DNA of 64,000 bases from Octopus bimaculoides (lineage: Eukaryota): the NCBI RefSeq assembly GCF_001194135.2, contig NC_068988.1, positions 16,688,016 through 16,752,015 on the forward strand. The letters run 5' to 3'. The notes beneath the pieces were generated by a model that was not told the DNA's origin, ran no database searches, and worked only from the letters and a program-made list of their open reading frames with translations. This document shows positions 38,946 to 51,330 of the stretch, in pieces; position 1 is the stretch's first letter; every line of letters begins with the position of its first letter. Made by a program: the position numbers and the translations under genes.

Positions 38946-39066
38946 GTTTCGAAGTTTGGAAGAAGAGCATGAAATTCGGAGGAATACATCGCCCCAGCGT
39001 TCAACTGGTACTTCTTTTAATCGACCCCAAAAATGATAAAAGGCTGAGTCGACCTCGATGGCATTT
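38946..39066 (-). mobile_element. SINE family F, 5'-truncated, Deu/Nin-like domain
   Basis: Minus strand GAGGTCGACTCAGCCTTTTATCATTTTTGGGGTCGATTAAAAGAAGTACCAG. Confidence 0.72.
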
Positions 39067-39793
39067 TTTCTCAAGTCATAAACCATGCACATATATATAA
39101 GCCTCATAAACCCTCAGCACTTACTCTCCACGTATGTTATACCGCAACTAAGCCACTGTATACGAAAGCATACTGATGTTAATTATTCACTTTAGATAGA
39201 TATTGATCTACAGAAAACTTTTGAAAAATATGTAAATAATTCACATCTAGTTCAAACGTTCTGTTTGGTACTTCCGTACTTCCATCTGGCTGCGCCTAAA
39301 CGTAGTAACTCTGATATAATGATTATTGTCTGTTATTTCAGTAATCCTACTTGTTTCTTTGCTGTTATTGAATTATTGAACATGATGCAATATTTCCCCA
39401 CATGGCTGTTCTTCAAATTCTCACATTAGTGTCAATGATGCGTGAATTATTAATTATAATATTATAAGTGAAAATGTACTATTGTGCTGTTAGAGTGCAA
39501 TTAGATTCAAACGAATATCTTTCTCTACTTTATGTAACGATATTCACCATTAGTAGAACACAGTGCAATGTGCTATTAATAGTAAATGTGTGATAAAGGA
39601 TAAACTGGCATTCATGTGCAGAGGTTTACCATAGAGTTCATTTCCATGATTCTAATTTTCCAAGTTACAAAGTATTGTATTCTAGAAGAGTTTATATTAT
39701 TTAGGATAATGTATAGCAGCAAGTAATAACTAACACACACACACGTAGATATATATGCACATACAAAGTTTCATGCATACATATATATATATG

Positions 39794-39871
<78 letters not shown>

Positions 39872-39902
39872 GAGATACGCACACACAAATATACGCACAT
39901 AA

Positions 39903-39937
<35 letters not shown>

Positions 39938-40173
39938 GTCAGTAACTGTAAACAACCACACGCTCATACATACGCTATAACGAAAGAGGTCCTGGGATTG
40001 TTCAAGCTCATCGAACGGATTACCTGGATTTCAACTTTATGGAACACTGCACTATCTGTAATGAATTAGTGTGTTCTGTCAGCCGTATGTTTGTGCACAT
40101 GTTTATATATTTGTATGTATAATATATATATATATATATACATATGCACACATTTATTATATATTTGTATATA

Positions 40174-40585
40174 GGCGCAGGAGTGGCTGTGTGGGAAGTA
40201 GCTTGCTTACCAACCACATGGTTCCGGGTTCAGTCCCACTGCGTGGCACCTTGGGCAAGTGTCTTCTACTATAGCCTCGGGCCGACCAAAGCCTTGTGAG
40301 TGGATTTGGTAGACGGAAACTGAAAGAAGCCCGTCGTATATATGTATATATATATATATATATGTGTGTGTTTGTGTGTCTGCGTTTGTCCTCCTAGCAT
40401 TGCTTGACAACCGATGCTGGTGTGTTTATGTCCCCGTCACTTAGCGGTTCGGCAAAAAGAGACCCATAGAATAAGTACTAGGCTTACAAAGAATAAGTCC
40501 CGTGGTCGATTTGCTCGACTAAAGGCGGTGCTCCAGCATGGCCGCAGTCGAATGACTGAAACAAGTAAAAGAGTAAAAGAGTATC
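40174..40585 (+). mobile_element. SINE family B, full length with 16-bp TSD and internal microsatellite
   Basis: TSD TATATATTTGTATATA at 40158-40173 and 40586-40601; A box TGGCTGTGTGG, B box GGGTTCAGTCC, CORE-like ACCTTGGGCAAGTGTCTT, (GTAAAAGA)n 3' end. Confidence 0.92.
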
Positions 40586-41546
40586 TATATATTTGTATAT
40601 ATACATACCCACATATATATACACACACACATATATACGCATGCAAACACACACACATACACATATATATACATGGATATTAATATTTATCTCTTTGCTT
40701 TTTTTTTCTATATGGAAAGGAAATGAGCGAACGAAAAAGAGCCTGCTTTTGTGAGACGTGTTGTATGAGTTTTATTGATATGTTCTAGGCGGTTGTACGG
40801 TTGTATATTTTCTTGCTACCTCGAAATGCTTTGACAGTCGCTAGAAGTAACACCTAACTATAAAACTGTCCCATACTTTTATGATAGTTAAAAATGTACT
40901 GGACATAAAAAGCTTTCATTCAAAATTTTGACCTCGTTTCCAAATAGCTTGCCAGAATTTATATAAACATGACGGGAGTGAATAAAAATAAGAATTGCTA
41001 CTTCAAATATTAGGGTTTGTCTATACAACAATAGCAGTTGTTGTTTTTTAACACTTTTCTGGAAATGGCATGAAGCCATGACAATATGTTTGTTCAATAT
41101 CTTGAAATAAGCTCACCTTTATTTTCCTTTGTAACTCTTGTTTTCATTTCTGTTTTTATGCATTCCCATTGACTAATATCAAAACGACAAAACCAATCGA
41201 TATTTTTTTTTTCATTTTATTCGCTGAAACCTTTGAAGATTTCATATTTTATGGACATTGAAAAGAAAAATGTATACAAATACACATGTGCAAACTTCAA
41301 GCACTTAAAGTCAGGAATATAGGAGCATACAGTATGCATATTTTTGTTTGTCTTTGCATGTGTAACTGTGTATACAATCTGTGTGTATTCATCTAATGTA
41401 TGTGTGCATATTTACACCACACACACACATACATACACACATGCACATACAAACACATACACACGAACACACACACATCTATATACGCATATACACAGAG
41501 GTCTCTGCATAAATATGTTTGCATGTGTTCGTAAATACATATGCAT

Positions 41547-41597
<51 letters not shown>

Positions 41598-42114
41598 CAT
41601 ATGTGTGTATATANNNNNNNNNNNNNNNNNNNNNNNNNNNNNNNNNNNNNNNNNNNNNNNNNNNNNNNNNNNNNNNNNNNNNNNNNNNNNNNNNNNNNNN
41701 NNNNNNNNNNNNNNNNNNNNNNNNNNNNNNNNNNNNNNNNNNNNNNNNNNNNNNNNNNNNNNNNNNNNNNNNNNNNNNNNNNNNNNNNNNNNNNNNNNNN
41801 NNNNNNNNNNNNNNNNNNNNNNNNNNNNNNNNNNNNNNNNNNNNNNNNNNNNNNNNNNNNNNNNNNNNNNNNNNNNNNNNNNNNNNNNNNNNNNNNNNNN
41901 NNNNNNNNNNNNNNNNNNNNNNNNNNNNNNNNNNNNNNNNNNNNNNNNNNNNNNNNNNNNNNNNNNNNNNNNNNNNNNNNNNNNNNNNNNNNNNNNNNNN
42001 NNNNNNNNNNNNNNNNNNNNNNNNNNNNNNNNNNNNNNNNNNNNNNNNNNNNNNNNNNNNNNNNNNNNNNNNNNNNNNNNNNNNNNNNNNNNNNNNNNNN
42101 NNNNNNNNNNNNNN

Positions 42115-42187
<73 letters not shown>

Positions 42188-43307
42188 ATGTGTGTATGTG
42201 TATGTCAGTGTACATGTATCTATGATTATGTGCATATTCATGCTCGTAAGAAGGCTTCAGGTTTTGTGGTTCATGCTGGTAAGTTTGCATATATTTCCGC
42301 ATAATGAAATAAGTCCATACATACATACATGTATGTATGCCTATCTGTACGCGAGTGTCGACGTAGTCAATATGCCTACGTACGTATTCTTGCTCTGTGA
42401 AATTCATATTAAGTGATCGATCAAGCAACGCGACAATAATGAAGAGAAATGCTAATGTAAAGAAAAAATAGGAAATCGAGTTAAGCAAATATACCATTAT
42501 TTTTGCTATTTTCACTTAATAAAGATTCACAGGGAAATTATTCATTAATTTACATATTTTAATAATATACATTACTTAAAGTTCTGTTAAATCGATACAT
42601 GATTTTCTGAATAAACATTTTCCTGGGTTACGTACAAAATATGTTGTTTCTTATGGAATCTATTGATCGTCTCATTATTATTATTCTGAGTTTAGCCCAA
42701 CATGCTTGTAAGTAAAAGATCTTCAGGGACTTGCTTTGGACTTTATATCTGTGTTAATATAGTATAGAACGTATTATAACAATGAATACATATACATACA
42801 TACATGCATACATACATATATATTCATGCATATGCACACACACACACACACACGCACACATACATATATATATACTTATATATCTATGTATAATGTGTAT
42901 CTGTGTGCGCTTGTCTTTGTCTGTGTGTGTCTGTGTGTGTTGCGTAGTTCACTTACCGTATCAACAGATCAAGAGTTTGAAATTTTGAAACAATCTTTCC
43001 CCACCCTCCAAAAAATTATATTACGATTAAGATTTAGGTGTTGAGTACGTGGATTACATCGACATCAGTACTTAACTAGTATTTAATGGAGATCTTGAAA
43101 GATGGACATCCATTCAGGATGCAATAGGATGAGTATAAGTCATGTGCCTGGGTCGATGAAATATTTATTAAATAACGGATAGAGAAATACAATTCATTCC
43201 AAATTAAAGATAATGCAAATTTTCTTGTCACCTCTGAAGGATGAGAAGGCTGCGCCCTGTTGTTATTTATTGAAGTAGAAGCAGAACAAATAGTTAGCTT
43301 GTAATTC

Positions 43308-43436
43308 TTTTCAGATGAATAGACATGGGCAATGTCAAATCATGTAGCTTGTTTAAGGACATGGCGCACTGCACAGTTCATGAACTGAACGCACGACCTT
43401 ATGCGCATGAGTTGAAAATGCTAACTACCAGGCAGC
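43308..43436 (-). mobile_element. Highly decayed CORE-type SINE head (D/E/G-like)
   Basis: GCTTGTTTAAGGACA..GAACTGAACGCACGACCTTATGCGCATGAG..GCTAACTACCAGGC parallels the reverse-strand heads of D, E and G. Confidence 0.55.
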
Positions 43437-44038
43437 TCATTTTCACATTTTCTTGTATAGTTAGTTTTAGTATCTGTCAATGCGTACGTTGTACTTTTCA
43501 GTAACTTACAACACCTCGCCTTGCTTATGCCCTAGCTGCAGATGAATAACAGTCTTTTTTCCTTTCTGTTTCTAGAAGTGCGGGTAGGGCGAGAATTGTG
43601 GCCCCCGGTGACACTTAAAACAACGTAAACTTAGTACAATCTATCTTGTCATACACCTTCGTGAATTCGTAAATTGTTTTTCTATGAATATCTGTTAACC
43701 TGCGTATTAGCCTAGATACATCTAATGCCAGGTATTGTATTTTCTACCGGAGGACAAATGTATAGACCTGAACAAAAGAATTTATAGTTAACAAAGTACA
43801 CCACCATTTTATAAAGACACAATTATTTAATCACACCATATGAATCTAAATTGTATATATTAATACCCGTGTTTTTAACTTCGTAAACTGTGTAAAACTG
43901 AAGGAGAAAACGAAAAGAGCAAGAAAGAAACTGTTCGTTGTTGTGGTAGTGGTGGTGGTGATGGTGACAGCGGCGCTGGTTATAATGGTTGATGGAATGA
44001 TGGATACGGTAGATGTGGGGTAAATGATAATGAATGAC

Positions 44039-44102
<64 letters not shown>

Positions 44103-44904
44103 TACACATATATATGCAGAGAAAGAGACAGGGTGTGTTTAAGACAGGTCTTTCAGGAGGGAAGCGGTGTGATGTTGCTACGTCTTTATTAATTTCATTC
44201 TCATATCCCCATCCATCTTTCGGAATATTTTTCTCCAGACACCTTTATCAACACCAACGTCACTACCGCCATCTGTGCCAACACCACTAAAATAGTATCT
44301 GACGCCGCCCCCACTCTCTCCCTCTTTCCTTTTCTCTCTCTACTACCACCTTCACTCCTATAATAGCCAACAGTTTCTCGTGTATGTATGTATTCTTGAA
44401 TCCGTGCAAATTTTTTTATTTTGTGTGTAATTTCCTTTAACATCTTAATTCAGTCAAGCTGTTGTCATGAATTCGATATTTTGAGCTGAATTACAGTCCG
44501 AATTGCATTGTATTACATTTAGAAAATTCTTTCAAAATTCTAAATCATGATATTTTGAAAGATCCTGCAATTTTTATTTTTATTTACGCATAAATTACGC
44601 TTATCCTAAAAAAAAAAAAAAACAGAAAAATATTAACCATTTTCTGTGATTACACTCTTATTTTATTCATTCAACATGTTTTGCACTACAGTATTATGAT
44701 GCAATATATAATACAATAAATTATAATAAGTAATGCATACGTATTACTTATTGTATGATAAAAAAAAAAGATATAGAACACCGTCATTCTGTTATATGAA
44801 CCCTTGATATACAAGAAAAGTATTGAAGGTACAGCGTCACAGAGAAACAAAGCCCCGATTAGTAAGGCCTCTCGTAAATATTATTGCTCAAATCTTATTC
44901 CCAT

Positions 44905-44979
44905 TCTTACACTGTGTAACATGATTTTTGACCTTCCATAGCAACTGTTATTTCCTATTTGCTTACTCTAGAAAGTGTG
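44905..44979. repeat. Repeat J fragment
   Basis: ACACTGTGTAACATGATTTTTG..TAGCAACTGTTATTTCC..GCTTA..AAAGTGTG matches 56895-56965. Confidence 0.75.
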
Positions 44980-45087
44980 GAGGCGCAATGGCCCAGTCGT
45001 TAGGGCAGATGACTCGCGGTCGTAGGATCGCGGTTTCGATTCCCAGACCGGGCGTCGTCAGTGTTTATTGGGCGAAAACACCTAAAG
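44977..45087 (+). mobile_element. SINE family A head
   Basis: GTGGAGGCGCAATGGCCCAGTCGTTAGGGCAG...GGTTTCGATTCCCAGACCGGGCG. Confidence 0.88.
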
Positions 45088-45127
45088 TTGTACAAGGATA
45101 ATAGAAGACGTTTTGAAACTTTTATCA

Positions 45128-45335
45128 TTTACCTTTAGTCTTTTAACTTGTTTCAGTCATTGGACTATAGCCATGCTGGGGAAGCGCCCTGAAGACCTTT
45201 CAGTTCAATAAGTTGATCCCAGTAATTATTCTATTAAAAGCCTGTTACTTATTCTATCTATCTGTGTTACCGAACTGCTAATTTACGGGGACGTAAACAC
45301 ACCAGCACTGATTGTCAAGCGGCAGTGAGGTACAG
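45128..45335 (-). mobile_element. SINE family B, 3' half
   Basis: TTTTAACTTGTTTCAGTCATTGGACT...TTACGGGGACGTAAACACACCAGCA..GTCAAGCG. Confidence 0.8.
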
Positions 45336-45834
45336 GTACAAACAAAGACATCAAACACACAAACACAGACACACACACAGACACACACAGAGACCCACAC
45401 ACACACACAAACGCACACACTCACACGCACTCACGCACGCACACACATATACGAAGACAATGATATATACCTTTGTGAATAAACAAATACTGATACATAC
45501 CTTTGTAAATAAACATACAGTGTATATATATATACATGTAAATAGAGAGAAAGCAAAGACTGGACATTTTCAGAGGAAGAATACTCACGTTACAAATAAA
45601 AAGATATTTATATATTAACACAACAAACTTACATCAAGTACAAAAGTACAGCAATTTAAAAGGGAGAAAGTATGGTGTTGCAAGTCCGACAGCTGTTTCT
45701 GGTGTCTCGGAGTTACTTTAGAATGTTGGCAGATGTAATTCATCAGAATATTTAACAAGTAATAGAGGCAAATAAACATGAGGGTAGAAGGATAAAACTG
45801 TGAAATTACACACACATGCACGCGTGTGTGTATG

Positions 45835-45980
45835 TGCTAAGATCTTTACTTGCCAACCACATGGTTTCGGCTTCGTTTCCACTGCGAAGCACTTGGGCAA
45901 GTGTAATCTACCATTGCCTAGAACCGACCGACACCTTGTGAATGTATTTGATAGTGGATAATTGAAAGAAGCTCGTCGTA
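45835..45980 (+). mobile_element. SINE family B, diverged 5' half
   Basis: CAACCACATGGTTTCGG..CCACTGCG..TTGGGCAAGTGT..TGAAAGAAGCTCGTCGT. Confidence 0.75.
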
Positions 45981-46742
45981 ATTATATATAGTAGATAATA
46001 AACGCGAAACCATTTGGTTAGGAAGCAAACTTCCTAACATACACACACACACACATACAGAAGCACGTATTTATATATACTTAGCCAGCATTCTTAGTGC
46101 TTCATATGAGCATCTGCGACAACTTGTCTGGATCATTTTGCTTTGCTGAAAACAACAACTGCACTTCAAGAAGCAATTAATAGTTTTCCCAGAGAAGTTT
46201 CAATGGATCAACTTTTTATGAATGTAGAAAACGCTTTGCACTCTTTTCGTTGATTAAACGAGAATATTTGGAAACTTGTTCAGCCAGTAAGTTCAGAGAA
46301 ACATTTAGTCTTGCAATATGATACATATAGCGTTATAGTCTAGAAATGCAATGTTTGTGCCAATCACTTGTCTCCATTGAATTTCATTTTCGGAAAACTA
46401 CTTTCAGTGACAATTTGTGCACAATATTCCTACATAATGGCATATACAGGAAATCAACGATATTAAAACAGCTGAGACCAGAGAATTTGTGAAGGAAAAG
46501 CAATTACTAGCAACAAAATCTTTTAAAGGCAATTTTTTACTCATATTTAATGTCTTAGTATTATTGTGTCTAATAGCTTTCTTCAATTATTGATGGGATT
46601 TTTCGGACCGTAATTATAAGATTTAATTAAATTTGTAGTTATTTTATTCACTACTTCAAATTTATGGGTATGCATGCATAAACGTACATAGTATCTTTCT
46701 GTCTGTCTCTCTCTTTTTCTCTCTCTTCTCTCTCTCTCTCTA

Positions 46743-46774
<32 letters not shown>

Positions 46775-46893
46775 ATTCTCTTTCTCCCCCCCTCTCTCTC
46801 TCTCTGAATATGTGTATATATGGGTATGTACATTTGTATATATATATATATATGCATATATGTATGTATGTATGTGTGAGTTTGTGTCTATAT

Positions 46894-46924
<31 letters not shown>

Positions 46925-46925
46925 A

Positions 46926-46965
<40 letters not shown>

Positions 46966-48041
46966 TTTTATACGTATATGTGTATGTACAGGTAAATATA
47001 TCTATAAATTTTTGATGATTTTTGTTATTATAATTTTTATTTTCTGTTATTTTAAAATTCTTTCATTTCCTTCATTTCCTGCATTACATTTGTTTATTCC
47101 TGAAATATTTTTTCTTGTACTCTTAATAATCAAGTTTAAGTTTTGTGTTTATATCACGAGATGCCGAACATAAAGGCAGTTTCGATACGTGCGACTTCTG
47201 CAGATAACTTCATTGAAACCCAAAAGCTTTCTAATTCATAGATTACTAATCCATCAACATGTATTGATCTTAAAACTTTCACCATGTATGTGTTTTCATT
47301 GATGAAATAATTTACAGAGAATAGCAGCATAAATAAAGAAGCAATCACAAAGTATTTTTTCAAACGTAAAAATCTTATTTCCTATCAATAAGTTTACACA
47401 ATTATAGCAGATGACTTTTGAATAGAGCAAAACTGCAATGTGTCGCAGGTTATCTTAACAACGGAAAACATTTGTTAGCATGGTCAGTATATAAATACAC
47501 AAAATACCACTATTACCATGCGTCGTATAGTTATAGTAGGGAATCAATCAAAATCACACGTTTCATTCTCCTGAAAGCATAATTTGTATATTACAGTGCA
47601 TTGAGGCTGGTAGCATTGAAATGTGTGTTGCGATGATTCATGGAATAAAGAACGTTACAAACACCAGCTACAATTTAGTTCTAATAATTCTCATAATTCT
47701 ATCTAAAATAACACTGAATGGTTGAACATGTAATTCCCGAAGTGAACATATTTCTTACTTCTGCTTTTCTCTCAGCATATAATGCGCGTCTCTCTCTCTC
47801 TCTCTCCGTATATATATATGTATATGTGTGCGTGTGTGTGTGTGTGTGTGTGTGCGTGCGTGCGTGTGTATGTTTGTGTATGTTTGTGTGTGTGTGCATG
47901 TGTGTCTATGTGATAGTTTGTGTGTGTGTTGTATTTGTGTATGCATGTATACGTGTGTATGTATGTGTGTGCGTGCGTGTGCGTCTCTGTGCGTGTGCAT
48001 GTGTGTACGAATCTGCCTATTGATATATATATGCACATACA

Positions 48042-48092
<51 letters not shown>

Positions 48093-49297
48093 ACACAACG
48101 CTTGCACAGGATGGCCTCCGTGACAGATTTTCCAGCTGCAAATATGGCTGGTGAAGCAGGATATGAATGAAGATGTCCCTATACGTAGCGAATTTTCTTT
48201 CAATGTCCATTTTAATTTGAAAACTATTTAGTTTTTATGTACCTTTAGTTTTAATATTTAGTTTTTATGTACCTTTGTAAAAACCATAGATATGCTAGAC
48301 CTCATTCGTCATACATTCCCATATAAAATTATCTAAGAAAGACGCATATAATTTTTTGCAACACATTTCTGCCATTGATTCCGTTGTTTGTCCTATTTAT
48401 CATCATGTTAGCTGATCTGAGATGAAAGGAATTTCAGTTGTGACTATATTATAATTTTTCTTTTCTTAAACAGTACACATACATAGTTAGATCACTCATA
48501 TATCTTTTTATATTATAGTAAAATGTTTATATTATAGCTATCATTTCAAGCATGTTAATCGACCATGTAGTGCTACACTTGTTTCCTAACCCTGCGGTAA
48601 TGTTGTTTGCTCATGTGTTTCAATCAATCACTTTTCGAACTGTATGGACCTGGATTTTATATTACTGCAACATCACGTATTAACCTAAGGCTAGTGAGCA
48701 AGTTATCTATCTTCAGACTTTCTATTACTTGATTAATCTGTAGCGCATCTTACCTATCTCAAGAATTATTATTACAATCTTCTATTTTGGCAATTGTTGC
48801 TTTCTTGTGGCGAGTGTTTAAGACTTATTTAAGACTGACACCAAAGTCTTCCAATAATTTTATTGAACAAATGGCAAATGTTCAATATAGCTTTTGCTAT
48901 TTCCCTCTCATTCTGTAATTAGAATAAAAGTAAAGAGAAACATAGTTAAACTCGCTCTCGTCTTCCCCGTAGTTTACAAAACCCACAGCATCCGTACAAC
49001 CAACAAAATGACCATCATGAGAACTACCCTGCTTCACCTCTTCCTTCTCCTCTTTCTCCTCCGTCTCCATTTCATCGTAATCATCAGCGAAATTTTGTTC
49101 ATCAAAAATCCTCAGGAATATATTGGGCAATACGAAGCCAAAGAATTAAATAAGTTTTATTTCTAAACAGTTCAGTTTTGTACCCAAATTTATAAATGTA
49201 TCTGTCTATTTATTTTAGAGAGATATAAATGCCAAAATCTTATTTGGTAATATTTCAGAATCTTAGGGTAAGTCGTTGAGAAATATTAATACATTGC

Positions 49298-49300
49298 ATA

Positions 49301-49357
<57 letters not shown>
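49298..49357. repeat. (ATT)n microsatellite
   Basis: Direct reading. Confidence 0.95.
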
Positions 49358-49563
49358 GTAACGATTCTCTTTCAATAGATTTGTTGAGTCTCAACGAAAA
49401 GCTGCTTACAGGGAGCTTAAGAATTTCATGTTACAAAAACAACCATCGGACAGTAAAGTATTTTGGTTTTCCAGCTCGGACACACACGTACGCGCAACCC
49501 CCTCATACACAAAACACACCGCACCATACCACACACGTTTCTATGTATATATATATATAAATA

Positions 49564-49842
49564 TATCATGCTGAATAAAAAGTAAGCAACGTTTTGAAAC
49601 ATGAAATTCATCGCAATATATTACAACAACGCGGATATTTCTATTCATGAAATTGAGTACCATTACGATCAACAAATTTTTTGCCAACGAGTTACAAGTT
49701 TGTTTATTCCAGAAAACATAAAAATCTGGAGTTCTGGTGTTGATGAAATCTTTGAGAGCTTTTTCAGCATCGGTTTGATTTTTGAACTCCTTCTCTCGCA
49801 GGAAACCATCAAGGTGCTTGAAAAAGTGATAATCGGTGGCGT
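49564..49842 (-). mobile_element. Mariner (Tc1/mariner) 3' fragment: transposase C-terminus plus TIR plus TA
   Basis: Minus translation ATDYHFFKHLDGFLREKEFKNQTDAEKALKDFINTRTPDFY / GINKLVTRWQK / VDRNGTQFHE*, including the third catalytic Asp region. TIR-like TA-TCATGCTGAATAAAAAGTAAGCAACGTTTT at 49564-49595. Confidence 0.88.
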
Positions 49843-50327
49843 ATGTATCTAAGTATATTTGTACAAGGAATATTTAGCAATCGTACTCGGATCGCTATAT
49901 CCATTGAAAAAAACCTAACTCAAGTGTACAATTGTGTGGCTCGCTAGAATTTTACCAACCAAACGTAACCTTTGAAGACCCTGTGTGGAACCGGATATAA
50001 GCACAATTATGTCTTTGACGCGCATTTTCTGCGTACAACGACAACCATATATCCAGCAAATTTTAGCCTTAAATTCCAGACAGCGAACGGAAGGCTTCAG
50101 ACCGGACACAAAAACAATAATCCTCAGAGAGTATCAGAATCATTAGCTGGCCAGAGGGTTGTCAATTCGCCAAAACAATGGATGGGTGGACAAAGCAACA
50201 CACAATGGTCAGCTAACACCGTGACAATGGCTACTTTGTTATCTAGTCCAAGAACAATTAGCTTTGAGCTATGCCGCTATTTGTACTTTCTAATAATGAC
50301 ATTTTTTGGTTTACTATAAAGATAAAT

Positions 50328-50514
50328 AATTTGGGGGAAAGAGAGTAAGTCGACTTAATCAACTCCAGTGTTCAGCTGGTACGTATTTTATCGACTCTGA
50401 AATAAATGAAAGCCAAAATCGGCCACGGTGAAATTAGAAATCAGAACGCAAGGACGGACAAAATGCCGTGCAGTACTTTGCCCGGTTTACTAACAATTAT
50501 GCCAGCTCGCCGCC
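50328..50514 (-). mobile_element. SINE family F copy (first of tandem pair)
   Basis: Collinear with 12335-12530. Confidence 0.75.
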
Positions 50515-50521
50515 ATATTGA

Positions 50522-50701
50522 TTAAAATTATGGTACAGGGCCCGTATTTCTGGGAGAGGAGTAAATCGATTACACTGACCCCGGTGCTCAACTGGTCCCT
50601 ATTTTATCGAACCCGGGAGAATTTGAACTCAGAACATAAAGACGGTGGAAATGCCACCAAGTATTTTGTGCGGCGTGCTAACAATTCTTCGAGCTCACCG
50701 C
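50522..50701 (-). mobile_element. SINE family F copy (second of tandem pair, internal deletion)
   Basis: GCTCAACTGGTCCCTATTTTATCGA..GAATTTGAACTCAGAAC..GGCGTGCTAACAATTC. Confidence 0.75.
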
Positions 50702-50979
50702 TTTATTTATCACTAATTATTGCAATCCTTAATGAGAAAGAAATAAAAATGAATGTGAGTGCATAAGATGCGCAGAGTTTGTCTTTAACATGAGAAGTTA
50801 TTAGGTTCATATGAAGAATATATACGTGGGTACACACCCTCACACACGCACACATGTACAAATATAAACATGCTCACACGCACGCACATATGATATAGAG
50901 AAAGGAAATACGTTTGTGAAATTAGAGAAAACAGCAAAAGCTTTTCCAACATATGGACAATATTTCTTCTTAACGATAA

Positions 50980-51330
50980 CGGTATTAATGATGAGCATGT
51001 TGATTATTATGATGACGACAACGACGATCAAAATCATGATGATGTTGTTGATTGTGATGAGGAGAACAATGGTGATTGCTATTATAATCTTGGTGATGTT
51101 TATCAAAACAGTATTAATAATGTTTATGGTGACATTGATCATGATGACGAGATGATAGTGATGATGATAACGATGATGATGATGTTGATGAGAAGGAGGA
51201 GGGTAGGCGAAGTTGGTGGAGGAGGAGGAGGTGGAGAGATTCGGAAGGGTAGTAGAATGTGTAAGGTGAAGATAATACTGTGATATAAAACTGCAATTAA
51301 TCGGAAAGGAAGAGATGAATGGTGCTACCA
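50980..51330. repeat. Mosaic (GAT/GGT/GAG) triplet low-complexity tract
   Basis: Direct reading. Confidence 0.8.

Noticed and set aside
5711-43535. Other short minus-strand AG...GTAAG pairs (5711-5768, 23699-23816, 28561-28595, 43510-43535)
   Set aside because: Such pairs are expected by chance in 64 kb of AT-rich DNA; they are short or contain stops.
46130-46270. Possible transposase C-terminus (TALQEAINSFPREVS)
   Set aside because: No catalytic motif or TIR; the similarity is impressionistic.
48225-48276. 22-bp direct repeat with 8-bp spacer (likewise a 30-bp period repeat at 45461-45520)
   Set aside because: Only two units, consistent with ordinary slippage; not CRISPR-like or regulatory on available evidence.
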